DNA from: Squalus acanthias
Lineage: Eukaryota
Length of the DNA stretch: 64,000 bases
Direction of reading: 5' to 3'
Assembly (NCBI GenBank): GCA_030390025.1
Contig: CM059431.1
Location: 132,372,001 to 132,436,000 of the forward strand
The number at the start of each line of letters is the position of its first letter. The first letter of the stretch is position 1. A model generated the notes under the pieces. It was not told where the DNA came from. It ran no database searches and worked only from the letters and a program-made list of their open reading frames with translations. The translations under genes were made by a program, and so were the position numbers. Shown here one piece after another: positions 35,319-49,035 of this stretch.

Positions 35319-35711
35319 CTGAAGAGATAGGGACCAGACAAATCAAGTGAGGGAAGTGGCTAGAAAACTATAAGAAGCTATTAAAGACTGTATTCAAAAC
35401 ATTTTCAAAAACTGTCTTTAATAGCTTCTCATAGTTTTCTAGACACTTCCTCATTTTTGATTTGTGTGTCTCTCTTTCCCTATCTCTCAGCTTGACTAGC
35501 TTTCTCAAGAAAATAAGTTAATAACTTTTATTTAAAAGTTTAACTAAAAATCTATTCAAAATCAGCATCCACTTTGTATTCAAAGCATTTTCAAAAACAA
35601 AGTGGATGGTGATTTTGAATAGATTTTTAGTTAAACTTTCAAATAAAAGCTATTAACTTATTTTCTTACTTGAGAAAGTAAGTCAAGCTGAGAGATAGAG
35701 AAAGAGAGACA
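35319..35711. repeat. Double hairpin (two overlapping inverted repeats sharing one loop sequence), unclassified
   Basis: Hairpin 1 35319-35388/35414-35490; hairpin 2 35467-35577/35597-35711; turns TGTATTCAAAACATTTTCAAAAACT and TGTATTCAAAGCATTTTCAAAAACA. Confidence 0.9.
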
Positions 35712-35854
35712 TCGTTCAATTGTTTATATTTATTTAATGCTGGTGTAAGATTTGTTTATACAGTTGTGAGTGAATGAAACATTAATTATTTGTTCTTGAG
35801 TGTAAAATACAAGAAGCTGTTGTCACAAAAATGAAGCATTTTTCATAAGGTAAT

Positions 35855-38800
35855 AGAGTCATAGTCATAGAGTTATACAGCACAGAAAGAGGCCCTTCGG
35901 CCCATCGTGTCCGCGCCGGCCATCAAGCCCTGTCTATTCTAATCCCATTTTCCAGCACTTGGTCCGTAGCCATGTATGCTATGGCGTTTCAAGTGCTCAT
36001 CTAAATGCTGCTTGAATGTTGTGAGGGTTCCTGCCTCTACCACCCTTTCAGGCAGTGAGTTCCAGATTCCAACCACCCTCTGGGTGAAAAAGTTTTTCCT
36101 CAAATCCCCTCTAAACATCCTGCCCCTTACCTTGAAACTATTCCCCCTGGTTATTGACCTCTCTACTAAGGGGTAAAAGTTCCTTTCTATCTGCCCTATC
36201 TATGCCCCTCATAATTTTGTACACCTCAATCAGGTCCCCCCTCAGCCTTCTCTGCTCTAAGGAAAACAACCCCAGCCTGTCCAGTCCCTCTTCATAGCTG
36301 AAGCGCTGCAGCCCAGGTAACATCCTGGTGAATCTCCTCTGCACCCTCTCCAATGCAATCACATCCTTCCTATAGTGTGGCAACCAGAACTGCACACAGT
36401 ATTCCAGCTGTGGCCTAACTAGCGTTTTGTACAGCTCCATCATAACCTCCCTGCTCTTATATTCTATGCCTCGGCTAATGAAGGCAAGTATCCCATATGC
36501 CTTTTTAACCACCTTATCTACCTGTCCTGCTGCCTTTAGGGATCTATGTACATGCACACCAAGGTCCCTCTGATCCTCTGTCCTTCCTAGGGTCCTACCA
36601 TTCATTGTGTATTCCCTTGCCTTGTTAGTCCTCCCAAAATGCATCACCTCACACTTTTCAGGGTTAAATTCCATTTGCCACTGTTCTGCCCATCTAACCA
36701 ACCCGTCTATATCGTCCTGTAGCCTGAGGCTTCCCTCCTCGCTATTTACCACCCCACCAATTTTCGTGTCATCTGCGAACTTACTGATCATACCTCCTAC
36801 ATTCATATCTAAATCATTAATGTACACTACAACCAGCAAAGGACCCAGCACCGATCCCTGCGGTACACCACTGGACACAGGCTTCCAGTCACAAAAACAA
36901 CCTTCGACCATCACCCTCTGCCTCCTGCCACTAAGCCAATTTTGGATCCAATGTGCCAAGTTGCCCTGGATCCCATGGGCTCTTACCTTCTTGACCAGTC
37001 TCCCATGCGGGACTTTGTCAAAAGCCTTACTGAAGTCCATGTAGACCAGATCAACTGCACTACCCTCATCCACACACCTAGTCACCCCCTCAAAAAATTC
37101 AATAAAATTGGTCAGACATGATCTCCCCCTGACAAAGCCATGTTGACTATCCTTGATTAATCCTTGCCTCTCCAAGTGGAGACTAATTCTGTCCCTCAGA
37201 ATTTTTTCCAATAATTTCTCTACCACTGATGTTAGGCTCACTGGCCTGTAATTCCCTGATTTATCCCTACTACCTTTCTTGAATAATGGTACTACGTTAG
37301 CTGTTCTCCAGTCCTCTGGCACCTCCCCTGTGGCCAGAGAGGTTCTGAAAATTTGTGTCAGAGCCCCTGCAATCTCCTCCCTTGCCTCACACAGCAGCCT
37401 GGGATACATCTCATCTGGGCCTGGGGATTATCCACTTTTAAGCCCGCTAAAACCGTTAATACCTCCTCCCTCTCAATACTAATTTGTTCAAGTATATCAC
37501 AATCCCCCTGCCTGATTTCTATGCCTACATCGTCCTTCTCCATAGTGAACACAGATGCAAAATATTCATTTAAAACCCCACCTACATCTTCTGGCTCTAC
37601 ACACAGATTGCCACTTTGGTCCCTAATGGGCCCTACTCTTTCCCTGGTTATCCTCTTGCCTTAATATACTTATAAAACACTTTGGGATTTTCCTTTATTT
37701 TGCCCGCCAGTGTTATTTCATGCCCCCTCTTCGCTCTCCTAATTTCTTTTTTAAGTACCCCCCTGCACTTTCTATACTCCTCTAGGGATTCCACTGTTTT
37801 TAGTCCTTTGTATCTGCCAAAAGCCTCCCTTTTTTTCCTACTCCATTCTCGTATATCCCTTGACATCCAGGGTTCCCTGGGCTTGTTGGTCCCATCCTTG
37901 ACCTTTACAGGAACATGTTGCCGTTGTACTCTCTCTATTTCCTTTCTGAAAGACTCCCACTGCTCTGATGTGGATTTTCCTACAAGTAGCTGATCCCAAT
38001 CCACTTTGGCCAGATCCTGCCTTCTCATATTAAAATTGGCCTTCCCCCAATTTAGAACCTTTATTTCCGGTCCATCTTTGTACTTTTCCATGACTACCTT
38101 AAATCTCACCGAATTATGGTCACTGTCACCAAAATGCTCTCCTACTAACACTTCTACCACTTGCCCAGCTACATTCCCTAGAATTAGGTCCAGTACCCTC
38201 CCCTCTCATGTAGGACTTTCTACATGCTGGCTCAAAAAGCTCTCCTGGATGCACTTTAAGCATTCCGCACCCTCTAAGCCTTTCACACTCTGACTATCCC
38301 AGTTAATATTGGGGAAGTTGAAATCCCCTACTATTATTACCCTATTATTTCTACACTTCTCTGAGATTTGCCGACAAATCTGTTCCTCTATCTCCCCCTG
38401 ACTGTTTGGGGGCCTATAGTACACTCCCAGCAAAGTGCTTGCCCCATTTTTGTTTTTAAGTTCTACCCATATGGCCTCATTAGAGAGCGGCGAGGCAGCA
38501 GAAGCGGCGGACCTGCGAGGGAACAGAGGCGGCGAGCGGCGGTATTTAAGGTGAGCCCCGAGGCGGTTTACAAATCCAGGTTCCGGGAGAAGGAAGCAAA
38601 AAATATTCGTAGTGTGACATCACCAAAAAGCAGGTAAGTGATTGGTTGGTGAGTGTTTTCTTTCTCAATTTTTCTAAACTTAAATTTTGTGGCTTCTACG
38701 GTCTCTTTGTGTAGCGGGGACTACTGTTAAGTAAGGGCCCTTGAGTATATCACTTAATTCCAGTGTAATTGGTGGGATCCATTTAATTAATTAATTAAAG

Positions 38801-41800
38801 GGTAAGTCATGGCAGGACAGTTCAGTGCTGTGACATGCTCTTCCTGCGCTATGTGGGAAATCAGGGACACTTCCTGTGTCCCTGACAACCATGTGTGCGG
38901 GAGGTGTATCCAGCTGCAGCTACTGACGGACCGCATTGCGGCGCTGGAGCTATGGATGGATGCATACTGGAGCATTCGCGACATCGTGGATAGCACATTT
39001 AGGGAGTTGGTCACACCGCAGGTAAAGGGTGTACAGGCAGGAAGGGAATGGGTGACCACCAGGCAGAGTAATAGGCGCAGGCAGGTAGTGCAGGGGTCCC
39101 CTGTGGCCATCCCCTCTCAAACAGATATACCGCTTTGGATGTTGTTGAGGGAGATGGCTTATCAGTGGAAGACAGCAGCAGCCAACTTCCTAGCACCATA
39201 GATGGTTCTGCTGCACAGGATGGGAGGAAAAAGAGTGGGAGAGCTATCGTGATAGGGGATTCTATTGTAAGGGGAATAGATAGGCGTTTCTGTGGCAGCA
39301 AACGAGACTCCGGGATGGTATGTTGCCTCCCTGGTGCAAGGGTCAAGGATGTCTCAGAGCGGCTACAGAGCATTTTGGAAGGGGAGGGTGAACAGCCAGT
39401 TATCGTGGTGCCTATAGGTACCAGCGATATAGGTAAAAAACGGGATGAGGTCCTAAAAGCAGAATATAGGGAGTTAGGAGGTAAATTAAAAAATTGGACC
39501 TCAAAAAAGGTGGTAATCTCAGGATTGCTACTAGTGCCACGTGCTAGTCAGAGTAGAAATAGAAGGATATTTCAAATGAATACGTGGCTAGAGGAATGGT
39601 GCAAGGGAGAGGGATTCAAATTCCTGGGGCATTGGAACCGGTTCTGGGGGAGGTGGGACCAGTACAAACCGGACGGTCTACACCTGGGCAGGGCCGGGAC
39701 CGATGTCCTAGGGGGAGTGTTTGCTAGTGCTCTGGGGGAGGGTTTAAACTAAAATGGCAGGGTTGGGAACCTGAGCAGGGAGACAGAGGAAAGGGAAACA
39801 AGGATAAAAGCAAAAGATAGGAAGGAGAAAAACTAAAGCTGCAGTCAGAGAAAACAACAGTTTAAATCAAACATGGCCACAGTAAATACTAATTCTAATA
39901 GGTCTAAGAGCATTAAAAAACCAAGCCTGAAGGCTTTGTGTCTTAATGCAAGGAGCATTCGGAACAAGGTGGACGAATTAGCTGCGCAAATAGAGGTAAA
40001 CGAATATGATTTGATTGGGATTACCGAAACATGGCTCCAGGGTGGCCAAGGCTGAGAACTTAATATCCAGGGGTACTCAATATTCAGCAAAGATAGGCAA
40101 AAAGGAAAGGGAGGTGGGGTAGCATTGCTGGTTAAAGAGGGGATTAACACAATTGAAAGGAAGGATATTAGCTCTGATGATGTGGAATCTGTATGGGTTG
40201 AACTGAGAAATAACAAGGGGCAGAAAACGTTAGTGGGAGTGATATATAGACCTCCAAACAGTAATGCGGAGGTTGGGGATGGCATTAAAAGGGAAATTAG
40301 AGAAGCGTGCAATAAGGGCACAGCAGTCATCATGGGTGACTTTAATCTACATATAGATTGGACTAACCAAATTAGTAACAATACTATGGAGGAGGAATTC
40401 CTGGAGTGTTTACGGGATGGTTTCCTGGACCAATATGTCGAGGAACCAACCAGAGATCAGGCCACCTTAAACTGGGTATTATGCAATGAGAAAGGATTAA
40501 TTAGCAATCTTGTTGTGCGAGGCCCCTTGGGTCGGAGCGATCATAATATGATCGAATTCTTCATTAGGATGGAGAGTGAAGTAGTTGACTCAGAGACTAG
40601 GTTCCTGAATTTAAATAAAGGAAACTACGATGGTATGAGGTGCGAGTTGGGTAGGATTGATTGGGGAATGTCACTCAAAGGGCTGGATAGGCAATGGCAA
40701 ACATTCAAAGACCGCATGGACGAACTACAGAATTTGTTCATCCCAGTTTGGCATAAGAATAAAACAAAAAGGGTGACTCAACCATGGCTAACAAGGGAAA
40801 TTAGGATAGCATAAGATCCAAGGAGAGGGCATATAAATTGGCCAGAAAAAGCAGTAACCCTGTGGATTGGGAGCAATTTAAGATTCAACAAAGGAGGACA
40901 AAGGGATTAATTAAGAAGGGGGAAATAGAACACAAGAGTAAGCTTGCAGGGAACATAAAAACTGACTGTAAAAGCTTTTATAGATATGTGAAGAGAAAAA
41001 GATTACTGAAATCAAGCATAGGTCCCTTGCAGTCAGAATCAGGGGAACTTATAATGGGGAACAAAGAAATGTCAGACCAATTAAATACATATTTTGGTTC
41101 TGTCTTCACAAAGGGAGGACACAAATAACCTCCCAGAGATGTTGGAGAACATAGGGTCTGATGAAAGGGAGGAACTGAAAGAAATCAGTATTTGTAGGGA
41201 AATGGTGTTAGGGAAATTGAAGGGATTGAAGGCCGATAAATCCCCAGGGCATGATAATCTACATCCTAGGGTACTTAAGGAAGTGGCCCTAGAAATAGTA
41301 GATGCATTGCTGATCATCTTCCAACATTCAATGGAATCTGGAACAGTACCCATGGATTGGAGGGTAGCTAATGTTACCCCACTATTCAAAAAGGGTGGTA
41401 GAGAGAAAACGGGGAACCACAGACCGGTAAGCCTGACATCGGTAGTGGGGAAAATGCTAGAGTCCATTATCAAAGATGTAATAGCTGAGCACTTGAAAAA
41501 TAGTGACAGGATCGGACAAAGTCAGCATGGATTTACAAAAGGTAAATCATGCTTGACTAATCTACTGGAATTTTTTGAGGATGTAACTGGTAAAATAGAT
41601 AAGGGAGAACCAGTGGATGTGGTGTATTTGGACTTCCAAAAGGCCTTTGATAAGGTCCTGCATAAGAGATTAGCGTGTAAAGTTAAGGCACATGGGATTG
41701 GGGGCAAGGTATTGACTTGGATAGAGAACTGGTTGGCAGACAGAAAGCAAAGAGTTGCAATAAACGGGTCTTTTTCCGAGTGGCAGGCAGTGACTAGTGG

Positions 41801-43245
41801 GGTACCGCAGGGATCGGTCCTTGGACCCCAGCTATTCACAATATATATTAATGATCTCGACAAGGGAACTAGATGTAATATCTCCAAGATTGCAGATGAC
41901 TCAAAACTGGATGGGCGTGTGTGCTGCGAGGAGGATGCCGAGAAACTCCAGGATGATTTGGACAGGTTGGGTGATTGGGCAGAAGCGTGGCAGATGCAAT
42001 ATAACGTGGATAAATGCGAGGTTATCCACTTTGGTGGCAAAAACAGAAAGGCAGATTATTATCTGAATGGCAATAGATTGGGAGAAGGGGAAGTGCAACG
42101 AGACCTGGGTGTCCTTGTGCAACAGTCACTGAAGGTAAGCATGCAGGTACAGCAGGCGGTTAAGAAGGCAAATGGTATGTTGGCCTTCATAGCGAGAGGG
42201 TTCGAGTACAGGAACAAGTTGCAGCAGTTGTACAGGGCCTTGGTGAGACCACACCTTGAGTACTGTGTGCAGTTTTGGTCGCCTTATCTGAGGAAGGATG
42301 TTCTTGCCATGGAAAGAGTTCAGTGAAGATTCACAAGGCTGATACCTGGGATGGCAGGAATGACGTATGAAGAGAGATTGGGTCGATTGGGCTTATACTC
42401 GCTGGAGTTTAGAAGAATGAGAGGGGATCTCATTGAAACTTATAAAATTCTGACAGGACAGGACAAACTAGATGCAGGAAGGATGTTCCCGATGGTCGGG
42501 GAGTCCAGAACCAGGGGTCACAGTCTAAAGGATAAGGGGTAAGCCATTTAGGACAGAAATGAGGAGGAATCTCTTCACCCAGAGAGTGGTGAACCTGTGG
42601 AATTCTCTGCCACAGAAGGCAGTAGAGGCAAATTCATTAAATAGATTCAAGAAGGAGTTGGATATATTTCTTTAGGCTAAAGGGATCAAGGGATATGGGG
42701 AGAAAGCAGGGACAGGGTACTGAATTTGGATGATCAGCCATGATCGCATTGAATGGCGGAGCAGGCTAGAGGGGCCGAATGGCCTACTCCTGCTCCTATC
42801 TTCTATGATTCTATGATTCTATGAACCTGCTAAGATATCATCCCTCCTTACAGCAGTAATTGACTCCTTGATTAATATTGCGACACCCCCTCCTCTTTTA
42901 CACCCCCCTCTGTCTCACCTGAAGATTCTATACCCCGGAATATTGAGCTGCCAGTCCTGCCCCTCCCTCAACCATGTCTCTGTGATAGCAACAATATCAT
43001 ACTCCCAGGTGTTCATCAACACCTGCAATTCATCTGCCTTACTCGCAAGACTCCTTGCATTAAAATAAATGCCATCCAGCCTTGCCATACTCCTTTGTGC
43101 CGTTACATATTTGCTCTTCCTTCCAGGCTGACTTGTTTTTTCCTCTATATTTGGCTGTGCATCACCCCCTACTGTAGCTCCACTCCGTATCCCATCCCCC
43201 TGCCAAGTTAGTTTAAACCCCCCCCCCCCAAAAGTACTAGCAAAC
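35855..43245 (-). mobile_element. CR1 LINE interrupted by the 38482-42824 element
   Basis: RT 36138-37409 and APE 37648-38433; the APE N-terminal part (NASSLASKADE, AITETW) resumes at 42825-43245. Confidence 0.88.
38482..42824 (+). mobile_element. Near full-length CR1 LINE (5' UTR, ORF1 Zn/SGNH esterase, ORF2 APE-RT), frameshifted
   Basis: ORF1 CSSCAMWE..CGRC, VIGDSIVRG, PDGLHL; ORF2 CLNARSIRNK, GITETW, RT motifs; tail (TTCTATGA)3. Confidence 0.93.
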
Positions 43246-43449
43246 TATTGAATTTAAATCTATTGACTCACAGGAGGTTCAAGCTTGTTCCACAAGCATT
43301 GTCTTTGTCTGAATGCTGCAAATGACAATCAATTTAATGTAATTATGAGAATTTAACAAAATTCCACATGAAAGAAAAATCTCAAAACTGTGGGATTCAG
43401 GGGACATCTTGGGTGTTATGTCAGGTGGGATGGCGGGGGATACTAGAAT

Positions 43450-43935
43450 CTGTCAGTACAGAGTGACTGAGCACTTGGACAAATTTGAGCTGATCAGAGA
43501 GAGCAGTGCAAATTCACCAGAATAATACTGGGTCACTTTATTAAGACATGATTCATAAACTTGGCTTGTAATCTCGTGAGTCTCTAATTGAGGTGTTTAA
43601 AATGATAAAAGGGTAGATACCGAAAAATTATTTCCTCTGGTGGGGGAATCCAGGACAAGGGGGCATAATCTTAAAATTAGAGCTAGGGAGTGAAATCAGG
43701 AAGCACGTCTTCATACAAAGGGTAGTAGAAATCTGGAACTCTCTCCCCCAAATGACGGTGGATGCTGGGTCAATTGAAACTTTCAAGACTGAGTTGATAG
43801 ATTTTTGTTAGGTAAAGGTATCAAGGGATATGGAGCAAAGGCAGGTAAATGGGGTTAAGGTACTGATCAGCAATGATCTAACTGAATGGCAGAACAGGCT
43901 CGAAGGCTGAATGGCCTACTCCTTTTATGTTCATA
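43450..43935 (+). mobile_element. CR1 3' fragment
   Basis: Similar to 16010-16380 (EKLFPLVGESRTRGHNL and the same 3' UTR). Confidence 0.75.
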
Positions 43936-44229
43936 GAGAAATAATTAATGGCAAAAACAGTGGTTTCTGGAAAGGGTTAGGGAGAAGGTATGCTTTAACT
44001 GTCACCAAGCAAACAAGAACGATGCAAATACATTTACACTGTAGGATATTCATTGTCGCAATACAACACCATGGGTAAATGCGTTGGTATGCTACTGGAA
44101 GATACAAATGAATTACTCATTTCGCTAAATTCTTACCAGGCTTATTTTAATATGAAATTGGTAATAGACAGGAGCTCCAGAAACTAGGCTGCTCTTGGTG
44201 ACTAATAAAAAATAAAGAGTACAACTAAC

Positions 44230-44529
44230 CCAGCAGCGTGTCTCTTGTAGAGTAGTAATGAAGCCACACAAAATAATTGTATATGGTAACATTTGCAACT
44301 TGTGGCTGAGTTCTGTTAGGCCCCAGCAAGCCCAGCCAGTGTTGGGTAGCAATTACATAATCTGGGTGGATTGTAGTTTTGGCTTGATCCAATGCATCCA
44401 AGAACTGCTGTTGCTCCATTGGGGTCAATGAAAGAATATTTTTTCTAATCACTGGTGGTTTTCTCAGGTCACAGTTGAGGCCAGTCCACCCAAATTTGCA
44501 CTCACCACAGTTGTAGCCGGCATAGTTTC
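44230..44529 (-). CDS. DCT: DCT coding exon 2 (300 bp)
   Basis: aaaatag|GA acceptor, G|gttag donor; [16 protein letters not shown]...[18 protein letters not shown]...[17 protein letters not shown], includes first metal-A His. Size matches recalled mammalian DCT exon 2. Confidence 0.96.
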
Positions 44530-45929
44530 CTATTTTAATGAACAGAAAAGTTTCACAAATTAGAGAATGATCACTTCATTAATAACAATATTGCAATTTT
44601 TTTGTAATGTTATTACAGATGTCATTCAACTGGGAGGACAAGGCGTTATGGACACTACAGCTATCAACACTGCTCAACATCATCCCATCCATTTAATACA
44701 AGGCACTAAATTCATACGTTGTCTCTATTGCTCCCAAACCTTGATAACTCACTTCTGCTTGTCCAGCAGAATCAACCCTTAACTTTCATTCTGCTGAAAA
44801 TACCATTCTTTGTGAACATTGAAACAACGGTTTCTTTTCGTCTACTGATCAGCCTGGTACTAATGTAAGCTCTTTGCTGTTCTGAGTGTCCTCAAACTAT
44901 TCATCAATGAAACTTCCTTTATCCCTTATTGGCCCAGTAATTCAGCTAATCTCCTAGCCCTTTTCCTCATGTGCAATCCAAATTCTCACGCTATATTCTT
45001 TTCACATTGCTGGGCTCCTCTGATCACTGTCCCATATTTGCCTCTTGGCAGAATAGCCTGCAGAAAAATCACACTTTGTAAAACAATCCCACCATACATC
45101 AGCCAAATTCTTTGCAGTTTTCCCATGGTCCAGCTGTTGCCTTTATTCTTCTGATCTTTCCATCTCCATCAGTGAAGTAATTGGTGTTATTCTAGGTGGC
45201 AACACAGCTGGTACTGTATGTTGATTCAATCGTGTCATCATCACAATGCACCTAGAAATGCAAGCCATCTTTAGATCTACTTGTAACCTCTGTAAATCCA
45301 CTATTATAGCTGCTAAATTAAAATTTATTGAACTGAATGAAACATTAACTCTGTTTCTCTATCCACAGATGCTGCTTGACCTGCTGAGTATTTCCAACAT
45401 TTTCTGTTTTTATTTCAGATTTCCAGCATCTGCAGTATTTTGCTTTTGTGGAGCCAACTACTCATTTTGGCTCACTATTCGCCAGCTCTAATCTTGGTAA
45501 AGAAATTCCCTCCATTCCTTCGTTCTGTTCAACCCTTCGGGCTAACAGGTCTATTAGATCTTCTGGTCCCTGGACTCTAATGAGGCTTCTGGTGTGGTGG
45601 TTTCCCTTTCATTATGGTCAAAATGTCAGCCTCCAGACTTAGCCCTGAATGTACACCACTGGTGCCCCTTTAAGAAGAACTTTGTGCCTGCAGACGGAGT
45701 TACATGCTAGTTTCTTAGGTCAGCTTATTTGCTTGCGCATTGGTACTGGCATTGGTGTAAAACATGTGTGAGCAGCTGAACCACGTGGAAACTTCTGTGC
45801 AGCCTTTAAAAACATAATTCAGCCTTGCTCAGCAACAGATTGGGAACAACCACAGAAGAAAGGAACAGTGCTTGGCTTTTTCACTTCACTCTTTAATAAT
45901 TTCACTGCATGGAGCAATAATTTTATTGT

Positions 45930-47690
45930 GCTTGTACAGAATCATGACAATGCAAGCACCATCTGTACCCAAAGGGTAGCAGGCCAGGGCCCCATCCCTT
46001 TACAGATACAAACCTCCAAACTGAAGCCAGGAAGCACATATTCCTCAATGTGGATGACATTGCCAGGAATGTAACTCATGTTGCCTGGAGGAAGGTGGCA
46101 CTAGCACTGAGCACCAATTCACTCATCCCCAGGAATGCAGATTGGTGCCATAAAAAAGTTCAATGACCTCACCAGGGCTTGCAAGGTGACACATTGGATG
46201 CTCGCTCCTTTTTTCCTTGCCCACCCTAGGCACAAGCATACTCTTCACTGTCTTAAAGCAACACCCCTACAACTAACCCTTCATATTGCACTCTGGTTAA
46301 GAGTGGCTCGAACTCCGAATCCTGCACTATGGCTACACAGCTCCCCTGGCACCAAGAACTTTCATGTACAATCCCAAAACCCTCCAATTTATCACCCTCA
46401 TACCCCAACATTGCTTATTTCATCTCTTGCATGCCACTTGACACATTCTTAACTGCCAGCCTTACCCTCATTTATTCATCTTTTTGCAGAAGGAATTGGC
46501 ACATAATGCCCACCAAAGGCAGGCCACAGGAGGGCATCCTCACCTTCAAACCTCTCTCCTCTTTAGAGGACAAGACCACCCAGCCCTCGTCATGGGAGAT
46601 GACAGAGTTAGCAGGATCTTGCCAGCGCTAGGTGCTGTCACGTGGTAGAATGGATAGTGGATTGAGAGAATGTCTGTTTATTTGCAAATAAGGAGAAGAA
46701 GGTCGGGCTGTGGTGTCTAAGGTAGACTGAGTTACACCAAGAAGACTTCTCTCAGTCCTCTGATGCCTGTTGCAGCTGTCAGCAAGGACCTCTCTGAGTG
46801 TACAGCATCCTAATAGTCTGCTCCCTGTAGTTCAGAATCCACCAGAGCCAAGGACTCCTTCTCAGCCATGTCAAACTGCAGCACTTCCTGAATGGCAAAT
46901 TTGTGAAGGGTACTACAGGCTATCACTATTCGGGAGACCTGATCTGGAGCATACTGCAGAGCACCTGCCGACCAATCTAAGCAGAAAAAATGGTCTTCTG
47001 TATCACTAGTCTGGTAGCTGCATGTGCCTTGTTTTACCGACCCTCTGCTTTTGTTCAGGATAGTCAGAGTGGGGTCATCAGAGGGGTCTGCATGAGGTAT
47101 GCCTTCGCACCTTCAGCCATCCGTTGATGTGCTTTTCTTCCCTGTAGAGGTCAGAGAGGGCCGAGTGGGGAGAATGAAGGTGTCACAGCAACTTCCTGCA
47201 TATCAGGTGTTGAAGTGAATGATCCTCTGCATCACAAACTATCTGTGCATTCAGGGACTGGACGCCTTCCTGTTCACGTAGGAGAGAGGGTGTTCTGTGG
47301 GTGCCTTCAAATTGATGGGAGTGCCACAGATTGTACCAAGGACAATGGAGAAGCCCACAACCCCATAGAACCATATGGTCCTTCCTTTCTGCAATCCCAA
47401 AGCTTAAGAATGGGGCAGCTCTGCTGCAAAGAGCGTCAGAGCCTCCTTACAACAGTCTAGTTATGTTGCACAGATCCCCCACGGCTGCCTGAAAATTGAG
47501 GGCAGTGGTGACCTTCATTGACATAGACAGCAGTACAAGCAGATAAGCTTGGCTTCAGGTCTTCATGCACCAGGTGACAGAGATGCCCTATTCAAATTTG
47601 GAGAAGTGAACCCTTCTGATGCCGAGTTCATCAGAGAGGTCCTCATATGGCCTGTTCTGTCAGTAAGTTTTTAGGGGACAGGACACATCA
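45930..47690. mobile_element. Highly decayed Harbinger element (Myb on +, transposase on -)
   Basis: KKFNDLTRACKV at ~46150; minus-strand KVTTALNF and SLNAQIVCD remnants. Confidence 0.6.
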
Positions 47691-48822
47691 TCCTCTTCCA
47701 ATGCCTCTCCTCTGTGGTCCAGCTGAGTGGACTGCCCTTGCCTGGTTCCACTCTTATCTATCTAGTTGTAGCCAGAGAATCTCCTGCATGGCTTCTCTTC
47801 CTGCTCCCACGCCATTATGTCTGTAGTCCTGCAAAGATCTATCCTTGGCCCCCTTCTATTTCTCATCTACATGCTGCCCCTTGGCGACATCACCTGATAA
47901 CACAACTTCAGGTTCCACATGTACGCTGATGATACCCAGCTCTACCTTACCACCACCTCTCTCGACCACTCACTGCCTCAGTGTTGTTAGGCTGCGTGTC
48001 CGACATCCAGTCCTGGATGAGCCGAAATTTCCTCCAATTAAATATTGGGAAGCCTTTGTCTTTGGCCCCCACCACAAACTCCGTTCCCTAACCATCGATT
48101 CCATCCCCCTCCCTGGCCACTGACTGAGGCTGAACTAGGCTGTTTACAACTTTGGCATCCTATTTGACTCTAGGCTGAGCTACTGACCCTATATCCTCTC
48201 CATCACAAAGACCGCCGATTTCCATCTCCGTAACATCACCCATCTCCACTCCTACCTCAGCACATGTGCTGCTAAAATCCTCATCCATGGTTTTATTACC
48301 TCCAAACTCGACTATTCCAATGCTCTACTGGCCGTCCACCCATATTCCACACTCTATAAACTTAGTCATCTAAAACTCTGCTGCCCGTACCCTAACTCAC
48401 ACCAAGTCTTGTTTACCCATCACCCCTGTGCTCGCTGACCTACATTGGCTCCTGGTCCGCTAACGCATCAGTTTTAAAATTCTCATTCTCATGCACAAAT
48501 CCCTCCATGACTTCACTCCTCCAGCCCTACAACCCTCCAAGTACTCTGCATTCCTCCAATTCTGGTCTCTTCTGCCTCCCCCACTTCCTTCACCCCACCA
48601 ATGGCTGGTGTGCCTTCTGCTGTCTAAGCCCTAAGCTCTGGATTTCTCTTCCTAAACCTCTGCCTCTCCACCCCCTCTTCTCCTTTAAGACCCCCCTTAA
48701 AACCTATCTCGTAACCCCCTGTCCGAATGACTCCCTCTTTAGCTCAGTCAATTTTTGTCTGATTAAACGCCTTGAGACATTTTACTACGTTAAAGGCGCT
48801 ATATAAATGCAAGTTGTTGTTG
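47690..48822 (+). mobile_element. L2-type LINE 3' portion
   Basis: Homologous to 1-1085, same TATAAATGCAAGTTGTTGTTG end. Confidence 0.85.
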
Positions 48823-49035
48823 GTAATATCTGGTGAGCTGTATCTTTCTGGAATTGTGCTGGACTCTCCCCTCCAACCTGTGCTGCGTTTCCTACTATAT
48901 CCCTAAGAAAAGGTTTTCTCCCTTATCTTTCCAGTTACCATCCCATTGCCTTTGCTTCAGAATTTTCTAAAGTTGGGGACGCTACTAACCCCTGAATGAT
49001 CTAGTGAAAATAACATAAACCTGAAGACAAAAGGA

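Noticed and set aside
35319..35711. Residual PacBio SMRTbell adapter, or a CRISPR array
   Set aside because: The turn is not the adapter loop, the TCTCTC tract lies within stems and the arms have diverged; only two repeat units, eukaryotic context, no cas genes.
45335..45450. Possible further hammerhead in a short repeat (GAAACATTAACTC...)
   Set aside because: Only the GAAAC half is present; no CUGANGA core with stem II upstream.
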